Origin: Dimorphilus gyrociliatus
Taxonomy: Eukaryota > Animalia > Annelida
DNA: 64,000 nt
Assembly: GCA_904063045.1 (NCBI GenBank)
Contig: CAJFCJ010000006.1
Span: forward strand, 5,410,408-5,474,407
Direction of reading: 5' to 3'
Under the pieces are notes generated by a model. The model was not told the origin of the DNA. It worked only from the letters and a program-made list of their open reading frames with translations, and ran no database searches. Shown piece after piece: positions 19,679 to 32,300 of this stretch (its first letter is position 1; each line of letters starts with the position of its first letter). Both the position numbers and the translations under genes were made by a program.

Positions 19679-19955
19679 GATAGAATGAAATTCAAGGTTC
19701 AATTGTGGCCTGTTGGGAAATTGAACCTCAACAAAATATTTTCTCTAACCTCATAAATATTTGCCTAAAACCGTGTCGTTGTTTGGACAAATATAGATTT
19801 CAGAATGACGTCGGACTCATTTCTTAATCTCAATATTTTCAAACAACGTCAGGTTCGTTTATGTACCCATAAATCGTTTTTGAGTACATAATTTTAGAAA
19901 GTGGTTGTTGATTGAGAAAAAATTGGTCAGTCCGCAGTTCGACACAAGACCAGCG

Positions 19956-21872
19956 ATGCGACATATCAAAGATCCTTTAACAGGTAGATGTGTAATCTGC
20001 GATAAAGGAGGAGTTCATCAGACTTCATCACCAGATGCAAAATGGAATCAGGTTTATAGAAAGATAATGTTTTATTATATAACTATTCTGTGAATTTCAT
20101 TCTTTTTCAGGCAAGAAAAGTAATCTATGTAAATGGAATGAGACCGAACACAGGTCAATCAAGGGCTGCATCTCCAACTGTTCGCCACATTCATGAAGCT
20201 GCTCCTCAGCCTCGTGATGTGACAATAGTTCACCATGATTCTCCAAGAAGACCCGAGGTCACTCACATTCATAGAAGTCCCTCGCCGAGGTCCAGAACAA
20301 TCATTCATCGAGCTCCGGACGAAATGAGCGATGTAAGTGCTAGGCAAGTGAAACCGAGGATAATAAAGGAAACTCACATTCACGAGAAATCGAGAGCTGC
20401 CTCTCCTCCTCCGAGGTAAATCTAAATTCATTTAATTTATTGATATACATTTTCGGGAGTATGTATTATATAGATACACTCGCACCATACGGCATAGAGA
20501 CGTCTCTCCAGAACCAGGATGCTGTGGTAAATCAAAACCAAAGAACAGAACTATTTATCATAAGAATGGACAGAATGTTGAGCACATTCATAGGAATGGA
20601 TCGTATGATTCCAAAACAACCCACATCCATGAAGTGATTATCAACAAATGCACACATTTCACTTAAATAATTTTTTCAATAACTTAAAGGGAGAAAGAGG
20701 CACATCAAAATCCTATTACAATAGGGGAGGATCACCCGATAGTAAATGCGGTAAAAGACAGTGCTGTGCCGTCTTATTGACACTGCTATTCCTCCTTCTT
20801 CTGGCTGGTTTGATACTCGGCCTCTATTTCGGTATTAAAGGTAAGAGATATGTATATGTTTCTTTTTATCAAGTCCAATGAACAGAGGGCTCTGACGGTT
20901 GTCGCTTTTTTTTTTCCAAAATTTCTCCTTTATTTGTCTGGGATTAATTCATAAAACAAACTTTAAAAGAATTATAATAATCATAAACCAAGCATTTATC
21001 CCTGATAACTTTTATGAATTAATTCGGATGAGTGGGATTATTGACTTTTATAAAATTATCTAGAAAAGGCGCATCTCACAGCCATCTGTTTTATATGGAG
21101 TACGAGGTAAAATATTAATGTAGAGTTATATCAAATATTTTACTTCATTTATTAAGAATATGAAAGTAAAATTCATTCAAGTTTGCGCTTTCGAGACTCT
21201 CTCGTCTAGATAATTTTTATAGAAATCAATTCCCAACAGCCGCAAAAGACAAAGAAGAACGTAATGATCCTGCCAACCGTTATCCAGGAGGGTATTACGT
21301 TGACGGTGTCTACGTGTACCCAGTTACCCGGAGACCCAGCCGTCCATACTTTGTTCTTGGTAAAGACCAGCCTTGCAACCCTTTTAACAATGGAACGGAT
21401 GCGACAACAGCTGTTCCTAATTGCGCTGAAACAACAACAAGGGTTGTCCTGGCCAATTTTACTTTAGAACCTTTACCGAGCTTTCGCCCGGTATATCTGA
21501 ATTCTGGCCATAACATCTCTCCTTTATCAGCCATGTTATATCTCAGTGTTGTATTATTTGTTCAATTTACAAAAATGACTTCCTTCTTTAGCTGCTTTGG
21601 ACAAAAAGGAGAGGGACAATACCGTAAGTAATCTACTGGAGAACAACAATCAGAATATGGTAATTTATGGGGCAGACCAACCATGCAATAGAGTTCCACA
21701 AAATAACGGGCTACCTCTTTGCTCCGAAATTACTACAAGAATTGGACCTCCCCCAGGAGGATTCATCCCACCTACTAATCAATCAATACCTTTCAGTCGA
21801 TCTTCTTCTCTATCTCCTTTCAGACTTCTAGTATGTCTCTTAATAACAAGTCTTGTACTACTTATGCAATAA
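19956..21872 (+). CDS. Orphan membrane protein B, paralogue of A, with two alternative last exons
   Basis: Exons 19956-20051, 20111-20415, 20474-20633 and 20690-20840 (TM AVLLTLLFLLLLAGLILGLYFGI, ends phase 1). These are followed by either 21240-21631 or 21592-21872, both phase-1 in-frame acceptors. The ectodomain is similar to that of gene A. Confidence 0.75.
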
Positions 21873-22095
21873 AAATATTCAAAAAAATTGAGTTAAGAAA
21901 ATCCTTAACCAACTTAAAATATGCAAAATTATTAATATACAAGTATCATTTAATCTATAAATGAAATCCTAACTGACTGTTGTTTATTTATTTTATGATA
22001 ATTAAATGTAGACATTTCTGTTTGGTTGTGTATTTGCACAAAATCAGAAACTACTTTCAATTCGCATTTGATACAACACGTTAAGTTCTAACAGT

Positions 22096-23080
22096 TCAAG
22101 CCTTAACAGCCAGACCTTTAAGCGTACCAATGCACTGTTTGATGCTATCTTTCTCCTGTGTTTTTATAAATATTATTAAAAAATGATTTATACAGCAAAT
22201 TAAATAAAAAATATACCTGTTGGGGGGTGATGCTTTTAACTACATTATTAACGATCCAAGAAACCATGTGGTCTTGTTCAAAGCGCCTTTGAGCGTTTTG
22301 CTTCTCTATTTGGTAGTCCAATCGCTTCTTAACTTTTTGTTGAACTTCGTGTAATCGTTGCCTATAAATTGCTTCTAATTGCAGTTGGACATTTTCCTTC
22401 TTGGCTTCGAATAACATTTTCTGTGCATCTTGCTGCCAAATTGCCTTCTCGGCTTCAGCAATAACTTCTTTTGCTTCTGTTTTTGCTTGTGCAATTGGAT
22501 CAGTCCTAAACAATTAAAAATCAAAAATAAGAATTTTACAATTAATTAACTTTATAAGGTATACCAATTTGCTTTTTCGTAATCAGTCATATATTTCTCA
22601 GCTGCTGGTTTGTACAAAGGTCCAACTTTCTTGATTAAATATGCCATAGCAAGCCAGAAAGAAAGAAATTCAACGTATCCGTGATCCATAACCCAGTACT
22701 CTTTAGAAAGGAGGAAGGTTAAGGCTCCAACACCGAAAACATAGGGTCCGGTTACACCAGTTTTCTCATAAAAGGCTTGAAACCAGCTATCGGGGATGAA
22801 TCCAAGTCGGACGGGGGGGTGACGTTCAGGTTGAACTGGGTCGGGAAAATTAACACGATCTCTTTCTGGGCTGTTGTAAAGAGCATTAGCTTTTTCCCAG
22901 TTTTCAAAATGTTTCTTCCATGGCACAGCCTTAAAAGAAACTGGTCGAACTGATTGCAAACTCCATTCGGAATTGCTAAGTAACAAACGAGTCGATCGTG
23001 CTGAAATGAATAATATTATTATTTCAAATTATAACTGAGAATAATGTTTCACCTGCTGAAGAGCTTAAACGGGAAAACAT
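22096..23080 (-). CDS. ATP5PB: Mitochondrial ATP synthase peripheral stalk subunit b
   Basis: [94 protein letters not shown]. The N-terminus resembles a mitochondrial presequence. Confidence 0.95.
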
Positions 23081-23468
23081 AATTTCTTCGGTCTCCTATC
23101 GACGACCTTTCCGAACGGAAATGTTTAAACCGGAAATACAAAACAGTATCGACTTAGCAAAATTGTACTCAGTATTTAATACTCTCTTATAGTTTGAAGT
23201 TGTACTACATATATTTTAAAATAAGCAAAATGGCGGATAAAAATGAAAAATGGAAACCATTTTAATAATCTGTAAACCTCTTCAAGTATACTACTTCTTT
23301 ATTCTAAGAGAAAGAAAACTGGTAAATATTACAGCGCAAAAAGAACATACGTTTGACGTCCAGAATTCATTCGAACGTCGAATAAGTAATTCTACTTAAG
23401 GAAAATTTTTTAAAAAAGAATAGTTATAATAAAGTTAACTTTCTCTGAAAAGTCAACCACTGTCATAA

Positions 23469-24825
23469 ATGAATAGCAGTCAGGAAGTTAACATAGCCGG
23501 TGGCACAAAAACTTTTTCAGAACTGCTGAAAGATTTGTATAAAGTTTACAAGAGTGATAAAGAAGGTAATAATTTAACTAAGAAACCTGATTTATTCTAT
23601 TTAACAATATGAATTGTTTAAAAGAAATATCAGGAATTATCAAGAATCTTCGAAAAACTTTAGAGGATTACAAAGTAAAATTACGGACGGTTCAAAAAGA
23701 TAGAGATGTATTTCGTTCGCGTTCGAAAAAAGAATCTGACAAAAATAAAATATCATCAATGGATATCAAGTCTTTGAAAAATAAAATTGAAATCTTAATG
23801 AATCAGTTATTTCATCTCTTTTATTCTAAAACATTGATTTAAACAAATTTTTTTAACAGAGTTAATCATTGCCCGAATTGCATTATTCTAAAGGATCAAA
23901 TTGAAGATATGAAAAAAACTAATGATGTATATAAGCAACTTCTGATTAGAGATAAAAGTTGTCTTTTACTCTTATTTATTTACAACTAATTTTTATTTTG
24001 TATTTTGAAGTTGATATTCCAGATGTGTTCGAAACTATTCCCGATACATGTGATATTAATAGTAACTATGAACATATAAAGAAAAATTCAAATACCAACC
24101 AAGCACTCCGTGAAGTTAATTTTCTTGATGACGAAAATGGGTATAATTATTATTGTTGTGTAATTGTAATTTGACTCTCAATTCCATAAATGTGTAGAGA
24201 TGAAAATGAAAATCAAATTCAAAGAGCCGATACATCGACTCCCTATGAAGAATTGAACAGTGATTGTCACTCTGTAGAAGAATTTCAAATAGTTTCGTCG
24301 TCAGATTCAAATAATGCAAGAAGTAAGAAAAGAAAAAGTGAATCGGAAGTTGAGCTTAAAGTTGTCCATAAAGACAAATCACCTCCAAAGCGGAAGAAGG
24401 TTATTTTAAAGGGATTAATTGATTTCTCACAGGAGTTGTTGGACGACAATTTGCCAACTAAGGGTAATAGTAAGAATTCTTCAAACTTCAGTACATCTAC
24501 AAAAGTTAATAAAGCTGGAAATTTGTCGAGGAGCTCAAGCAAAAATTTAAAACTTAATCAGAAACTAGAATGCCAAAGAATACTTTTCAAAGTGGAGAAA
24601 AATGAGGCAAAATCATATACTATTGATGAAAAATCTGATGATGTTATAAAAAGTTCACACAGTTCTGTTGATCAAGTGGTACCAACTTCTGGGACAAATG
24701 AATGGGATCTGATGAGCTCTAGCAGCTCTATTATTCCCTCTTGGACTCATCCTCACAAAAGAAAGAAAAAAATATCGGAAAAGAGAAAAATTTTTCACAA
24801 GAAATATAAAAGAAGACAAATATAA
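23469..24825 (+). CDS. Coiled-coil + CxxC + long disordered protein, possibly CtIP/RBBP8 N-terminal-like (5 exons, ~380 aa)
   Basis: Five frame-consistent exons. FSELLKDLYKVYKSDKE is followed by a heptad region and CPNCIILKDQIE, then an S/K-rich tail with basic NLS-like clusters. The gene model is solid; the family identity is tentative. Confidence 0.45.
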
Positions 24826-25378
24826 GAATTTCAAATATAAGACTTCTATGATTATGAATCACTACCCAACTATCAATAAAAATAAATTTATTATCTATAA
24901 TTTTAATTACTGTTATATTAATATGTTACACAAAATATAATATATTATAATCGATTAATACACTTAATAAAGCATATGTTATATTCTATAATGGTTGTTT
25001 AATAAAATAAAACATTTGAGGTGTAAGCTTTTAATAGAATTTGTCATTTCAAAAATCTGATAATTTGAAAGGGCACTGTTGAATAAAATTCTAGGAAACA
25101 TTTTTTTCACAAAGGAATGGTGTAATAGGCGAACGCTAGGTGTTTTTAAGTGTTTAAACGTTCTCGAATTTTCGAAAGATTCCATGAGGACCGCATTTAT
25201 TTTATCGAACAATATTGTCGCGAGTTTTTTATTGTGTTAATCAATAAACGACAAAAATTTTCTAATTATTTTCTAGCAAAATAAAATAAATTTTACTATT
25301 TCTTTAAAATAATTTTCGGCCATTTTGAAATACTTTACCGGTATCATATACTCCATAAGACTCCTGTCGACTATGAAA

Positions 25379-26206
25379 ATGGCGTCTACAACCGGCAAGT
25401 ATGGAGAATAATACAATTTTCTACTTGACTAATTAAGTTTTTGCTAGCATATTTAAACTGTAGCTATATATTGTATAGTAGTCTTGCAAATGCACGTTAT
25501 TTTTTTTTCGAAACTTGTACAAATTAGCGTACTATTACTGTAAAGAGATACCACGCCACCTGACAATTTCAATACAAATTTTCTCTTTCAGACTTATACC
25601 CCCTATGATGTGGGCTCAAAGAAAAGATAAACTGTTCTTAACTATCAATCTCGAAGATGTTAAAAGTCCAGAAATAAAACTGGACGAAAAAAAACTATAC
25701 TTCAGGTAGGCCATAATGACTTGCGAAATTGACCAATAACCATGCATTTTTCTCACAGTGGCACCAAAGGAGCAAATTCAGCTGATCAAGTAAACTACGA
25801 ATATACTGTCGAATTTTTCGAAGATATAGATCCAGCTGAGTCAAAATATGGTGTACTACCACGCCACATTCCCATGGTTCTGATGAAGAAATCTAGTGAC
25901 GGACCTTTCTGGCCTCGTCTAACCAAGGAAAAAACGCGCATGCCACAACTGAAAACTGATTTTGATAAATGGAAAGAAGAGGATGACTCTGATGTTGACG
26001 ATAACAATGATATGAAGATAGAAGATATGATGAGCCAAATGGGTAATTTCGGTGGAGCAGCAGATATGGGTGCGGATATAGAAGGAGTTGAAGTAAGATA
26101 AATATAAATTGAATTTATGAATTAAAATTATTTGAAATTTCTCAATTCTTTACAGGCTGATGATGAGGATAGTGACGACGAGAAGTTGCCTGATTTGGAG
26201 TCATAA
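25379..26206 (+). CDS. PTGES3: Hsp90 co-chaperone p23 / prostaglandin E synthase 3
   Basis: PPMMWAQRKDKLFLTINLED, FWPRLTKEK, LKTDFDKWKEEDDSD, acidic tail DSDDEKLPDLES*; 4 exons. Confidence 0.95.
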
Positions 26207-26345
26207 GAAAACCTTTATTTGTTAGCAAGTTTGATACGTTGTAACGAAAGTCCGTGTATTAATAAATACTTCAGTTAAATTTAAGAGATGAAAACAAAAT
26301 GATAAAAGAAAAAAAATACTATAAATGTGTGAACACAGCATTTTG

Positions 26346-29300
26346 CTAAGATTTACTCTTTCGAATTGTCCTATCAGTTTTCGTTCGGTCGGTAACAACG
26401 CTCGTGTACTGTACAACTCCAACAGGGTTGAATAAATTATTAAGCCCTAAAGGATACCCAGGTATATTATACAAACGATTTACCCCGGAACCATTTACGG
26501 ATTCATTGCTCCTCTCTGCCATTCTCTTATCTAGGTGTTTAGGTAACTTCCACTGGGGAAGTGACAAAATTGATCGCCATTTTGGATCGACATCAAAGGC
26601 TGGATTTTGCTCCAACCACGATGTCAGCTGTCTAAGAATGGGTGCTTTTGAGCCCGTAATTCTGCGTCCAGTTTCTCTATTAATGACTGCCACATTTTCT
26701 TGACCTGTTAAAGATTCAGCGTTTGCCTTCACTGGATCAAATCTAGGCTTTCGACTTTTCTTTGAAGCTGGCTCATTAACTTGTGCAACAGAGTAGTTGG
26801 GATGTTCAATCAACCAATCCTCCAGCTCAAATTGTCTGGGAGCGTCTTCCCCTTCTAACCTTGTACCATCCTCATCATTCACGACCGAAACATGGGTGTC
26901 GGGATCAACGAACAAGCGTTGATAATCATTTGTTTCGGCGAATGTTCGCTTTCTTGCTCTTAAACTTGGACTTGAACCGTTTACTTCTGGCACATCACTG
27001 TCGCTGAGGGCTACTTCTTCAATCCTCACTGATTTATTCGCGGGTCGTTTAATTGTTAGCTTCAATGAGTCATCCTGCATGGATAAGAGTATATTATTTG
27101 AAGCGAAAAGTATAAATGCAGGCTTGGTTCTATATTAGTTCTTATTTTGATATTCTTTTCATTAATCTAAAACATTATCTGTAAACTACAACAGTTTGCA
27201 ACCTACATAGATTAAGCCAGTCTAATTTACACATATGTTAGATAAAGCTTCTGATTTAAGAAAGCGACGACAAACCTCGGCCATCTGTACACATAAATCA
27301 CTACTGTTCACCTTGCTATAGAAAGCTAGCTCATCAGCATTTGATGAGGAAGGTGAGCTGCATCTTGAATCGGAGGGATTGTATTGCATGTAAGGCCCAA
27401 CTTTTCTAGTTGTGGGCCATTCTCCTGTTGTTACGCATTCACACACATCAAGTAACCGATTAAGAATGGTTCTATCTTTCGGCCACAATTCGTTATTATT
27501 TTGCATTGGATCGAGTGCAACAGAGTCATCTTCGGAATTTTTGTTATCCTCTTTGTCATTTTCAGCTTTCATCATTCTAGCTATAGTCTCTTGTCGTTCG
27601 TTAAGTATATTCTTAATAAGTTTAAAAAATCCTAATTCTTCGTCATACACTATATTATTTTCAGTTCGTGCTAGTCCATGTTTAGCTGCACCTCTTAATA
27701 GATCCTTATCATGGGTGCCTGGTTCATACCAAGAGGGGAGTTCATTGCTACCCATGCATAATTGTAATCGTTCGTCAAGATTTGGATTCATTAAGACTTC
27801 CTCTCTAATCTTGTGTAATAATTCTACTCTCATTAGAGTGCGTGAAGCTCTTTCTTCAGATATCGGTTCAACTGAGCACTGGTTAAATATTTCAGTATCT
27901 TGTGGTTGAACTGAACGACCACATATGCATCGGCACATGGCTAAAAATGCCGTTGCGTATTCAGACATAGTGTCGTCGTATTTCTTTTCAAGCCTAGCGA
28001 GAGCTTTAAATGAATCCCATCTATAAGATCCATCTGCATTATATTCTAGACCAAATGAAGATATTACGCGGTAAAAATCAGCTTCTTCCCTTCGTGACCA
28101 TTTTTGTTTTGCGTCTAATTTCTGTTTTTCTCGCTCTTTTATTACAGCTTCTAGCCTCTCTCTCTTTTCCATCTTCTTAGCAGATTTTTGTAATTTCTCT
28201 TGCACTCTTTTATAATCTCTTTGGTAACTTGTTATTAATCGCCGTAATCTAGTGTTGAGTTCTGAAGCTGAAGGAAAAGGTAAAAATCCATTTTCATCGG
28301 CTTCCCCGGAATTTGCTTGTTCATTTATAGCCTCCGTATCTTCTCCATCGTCACCTTCCCCCTCGTCATCGTCGTCATCCTTCAATTCAGCCGCCAATGC
28401 CTTACTGTCAGGTGGCCCACATCTTTGTAAAAAGCAGAGACAAGAGTCTTGACGGATTTGATTAAACCTCTCGTAACCTATTTTTGAAAATATTTTGTTA
28501 GCAATAATATTTTTAATAATCTCTTTTAAATCCTTCCTAATTACCATGTTTAAAAACTCCTATAATTAAGGAACGATCGGCATCTTCATCCCACCAAAAC
28601 GCTGGCTTATCTCCATCAGTGCAGGGCTGGGGAATGTTGATATCATTGGAATGGAAACTTTGGAATACTTTGCTAAACTCTTCTCCAATTACTTCTTGCT
28701 TTATGTAGAATAGGAGACGAACTCGGAGGAGAACCCTAAAGAGAATATTATCATCATTACGAAAAAATCTATAAGCAACAATTAAACGGTTAAAAACGAT
28801 TTGAAAAAACTAGATATTTTCAGTTAGTTAATTTAGATCAAAACTCTCTCAACCCGTTAAAGGGAAAAAGCTCTCATGAGTAAGGAAGATCATCATATAT
28901 ATACAATAAAAAACTTAAGTGTAACGTTATTACTTACTTATTGGCATGTCGGTGTAAATGTTTTCTGTAACCCTCGTCGACTAGAACTTTTACAGGATCT
29001 TCCAACGACGAAACGTCTATCTCTTCAGCCTCTATTCTTTTCTTTCCTTTTCTTCCCCTAGGCACTGGTGCTGATAAACCAGAGTGACCCTTCTGATCAG
29101 CTCTTCCTTGTATAAGATCGGCTATAAATACTTTAATTTTATCATCCCCATGATAATGATTTAAACTATAATTCAAAATAGCAGCTGAAACTCTCTCACA
29201 ATCCTTCGAGTTCAAAGATCTTTTGAATCTGCAATGTTCCAAAACTTCTTTCCATCTTCCCCAACCGTAGATCAAAAGATATTTTTCTATCTTAAAACAT

Positions 29301-32300
29301 TCATTTCTATAATACCCTCTCGTACTATCGTCACCACTATAAGCCCTATCATCTTCCGCAGCCCTTCTTCGTGCTCTTCTAGTTGCCGCAGCCCTAGCAG
29401 CCTTTCTTCCCCTCTTACCCCTGAAGCTTATCTCGATAGCTCCATCATCCAATTCAGATTCATCACTGGTTTCTAGTTCGCTAACATCTTCAGCTCCTTC
29501 GTCGTTACCATACCTAGTCGTTTGCTTCCTACTCCGAGGTTGCTCAATAATCAATTCATTCTGTTAAAAAAAATTAAAAATAACAATTGACATGAATTTT
29601 CGTAAGAAGATTTGTCTTTTCTAAAGGTATAGATATACTCAGATCTCCAAGGTGTTAAATTGCGTCGATAAATCATACTCGACGCTTTATCATATGGAAA
29701 AATATTCTCATCATTCTTTTAGAATTTACATGGAAGATATATTTTCTTAACAAAGAAACCAACCTTATTATTTAATCCGTCAACGTCCAAATCAGCTTTC
29801 TTTGCCCATTTCTGCCAAAAGTTCGGATCATCGATTGCAATGTCACTTCTATTTCCAGATGCACTAAAAGAAGCTTTCGCAAACGTTGAATTCTTTTCAC
29901 CGCCGTCAAATTGAATAACCTGAGTTCTTCTTTGTAAAATTTGATCGATATCCTCTTCACAAAACTGATCTGCTGCTGAATCGTCATCCATAATAGCTCC
30001 GTAGGCTCCTCTTTTGAGCAGATCTTCTATTTCCTTTTTTGACAAAGTGTTAGAGTCCTTGACATTTTCCTTCATAGATTGAAGTACAGCCTTATCCAAT
30101 CCTAATTTAATTGATGCTCTATCAAACATTTCCCTTTCGTAAGAGTTTCTGGTAACAAGACGATAGACTTTCACCATTTTATTTTGACCAATTCGATGAC
30201 ATCTTGCCTGAGCTTGTAAATCGTTTTGAGGATTCCAATCAGAGTCAAAAATGATAACAGTATCGGCAGCAGTCAAGTTAATACCTAAACCTCCAGCCCT
30301 TGTACAGAGAAGAAAGACAAACCTATCCGATTCAGGTTTGCTAAATCTATCGATAGCCTCTTGCCGTAAATTCCCCCTGATTCTACCGTCTAATCTCTCA
30401 TACAAATATTTCTCATGAATTAAATAATCTTCTAAAATGTCTAAAACTCGAATCATTTGTGAGAAAATTAACACTTTGTGATTTCCTGCTTTCAATTTTG
30501 GTAGTAACTTGTCAATAAGAACAAGTTTACCGGAAGCATGCACAAGAGCTTGAAAAGCTTCGCTTGTACAATGTAAGTGCTTCCAATCCATAACTATTTG
30601 CTCTTCGGCTCCGTTGATTAAAAAAGGGTGATTACAACATTTGCGCAATTCCATCATAGTATTCATTAAATTAGGGACATTAGACGATGAAGTGCTTCCT
30701 TTGGAAAGAAATGAAAAGTTCCTCTCTAATATGGCTCGGTAGTATTTCTTTTGTATATTTGTTAATTCAACTTCTATGACAGTTTCCTCCTTAGCAGCTA
30801 AGGTCTTCTCGACATCCTCTTTAAGACGACGTAACATCATTGGTTTCAGAAGGGCTTTAAGTTTAGATACTTGACTTTCAGTCTTTAAATCACCGAAATC
30901 ATTAAGGAATGTTCCAACGTGAAAGAATCGCTGAGGTTCCAAAAAATTTAATAAGGCAAACAATTCTTCAACATTATTCTGAAGTGGAGTTCCCGTAAGT
31001 AAAACTTTATGCTCCAAACCAAAATGCTTTAAACCCTCTGACAATTTACAATTTTTGTTCTTTAATCTATGAGCTTCGTCAATCACACAAACTCTCCAAT
31101 CAAATTGTGCTAATAATTCAACATCTTGTAAAATGACTTCGTAGGTCGTTATCATCACATTAAATTTATATGCATCTGGTATTCTTTTTCCAGTAGCTGG
31201 ATCTTTATAAAACAATTCATGCTCTTGTATAATATTACGACTAACTTGTGTGCCGTGATAGACGACTGCATTTAAATCTGTCCAAGATTCAAATTCCCTT
31301 GACCAATTTCCTATTGTTGAGAGTGGGACGATAATGAGAAACGGACCTCTTATACCGTAATTAACAACTTCCTGCACGAAAGCAATACTTTGGACTGTTT
31401 TTCCCAAACCCATTTCATCGGCTAGAATGCAATTTTGGCGATTGTAATAGCAATATAGTAACCAATTAACTCCCTCAACTTGATATTCTCTTAATTCATT
31501 TCCATCCTTATATTTTGGTGAGTCTGCAATTTCAGCCCACTCATCGGAAGATGGTCTTTCTAAAGTCATTAAATCATTGGCCGGAGGTAATTCTGATAGA
31601 CGTTTATAGTCTTCAATTTTTGCAGGATCAACATCTTCGATTAATTCCCAAGTTGACTCTTCGTAAGGTAGACCACGCCATTTGACCAGATAATGTAGAA
31701 TGTCTTCACCATCGTCGCCCTTTGTTAAAGATTCATCGAGAACACGATCGACCTCAACATAATCAGGATTAAATAGTTCATCTTCATCAAGTTGCAAAAG
31801 AGCTTGGTAGTTCTGCTTCATTTTAAAACGACGGATTTTTTGACCAATGCGTTTATCAGTTATCTCTAATTCTTCCATACTTTTCCACTGGCAATGTAGG
31901 TAGGATAAATTTTTGTATTTAGCAAAATATTCCTCAACTTCAACCTCGACTGTTTCACACTCAGTTTGTTGATCACAATTGTCCCCATCAACATCAACTT
32001 CATCATCTTTCCTATCATTGTCTTCATAGGATGAGAATTTCTTTTTCAGTATTTTTCGTTTCTTTTTACGATAGCCTAAAATCTTATCAACAATAGGCGT
32101 GTCATTATCGGCTGGATTTTCGACCACCGACGTAGGATTCACATCATCTTCTTCTTCTTCCTCATCATTTTCTTCAGATAGATCAAGCTCTAATTCATCA
32201 GTATATTTTTGACGGCGCTTGTTTCGGCCCGATCTACGTTTCTACGATATAAAAATGACATTTTACTGAGTTATTTAGTCTATTTAATTGGTGTACATAC

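Noticed and set aside
18538-20431. ORFs 18538-18765, 18988-19284, 19175-19666, 19426-19695, 20159-20431
   Set aside because: Alternative-frame or antisense shadows of the low-complexity exons of orphan genes A and B.
21264-21534. ORFs MILPTVIQEG... (plus) and MADKGEMLW... (minus)
   Set aside because: The neighbouring frame aligns with the paralogue's ectodomain and has a matching phase-1 acceptor; these do not.
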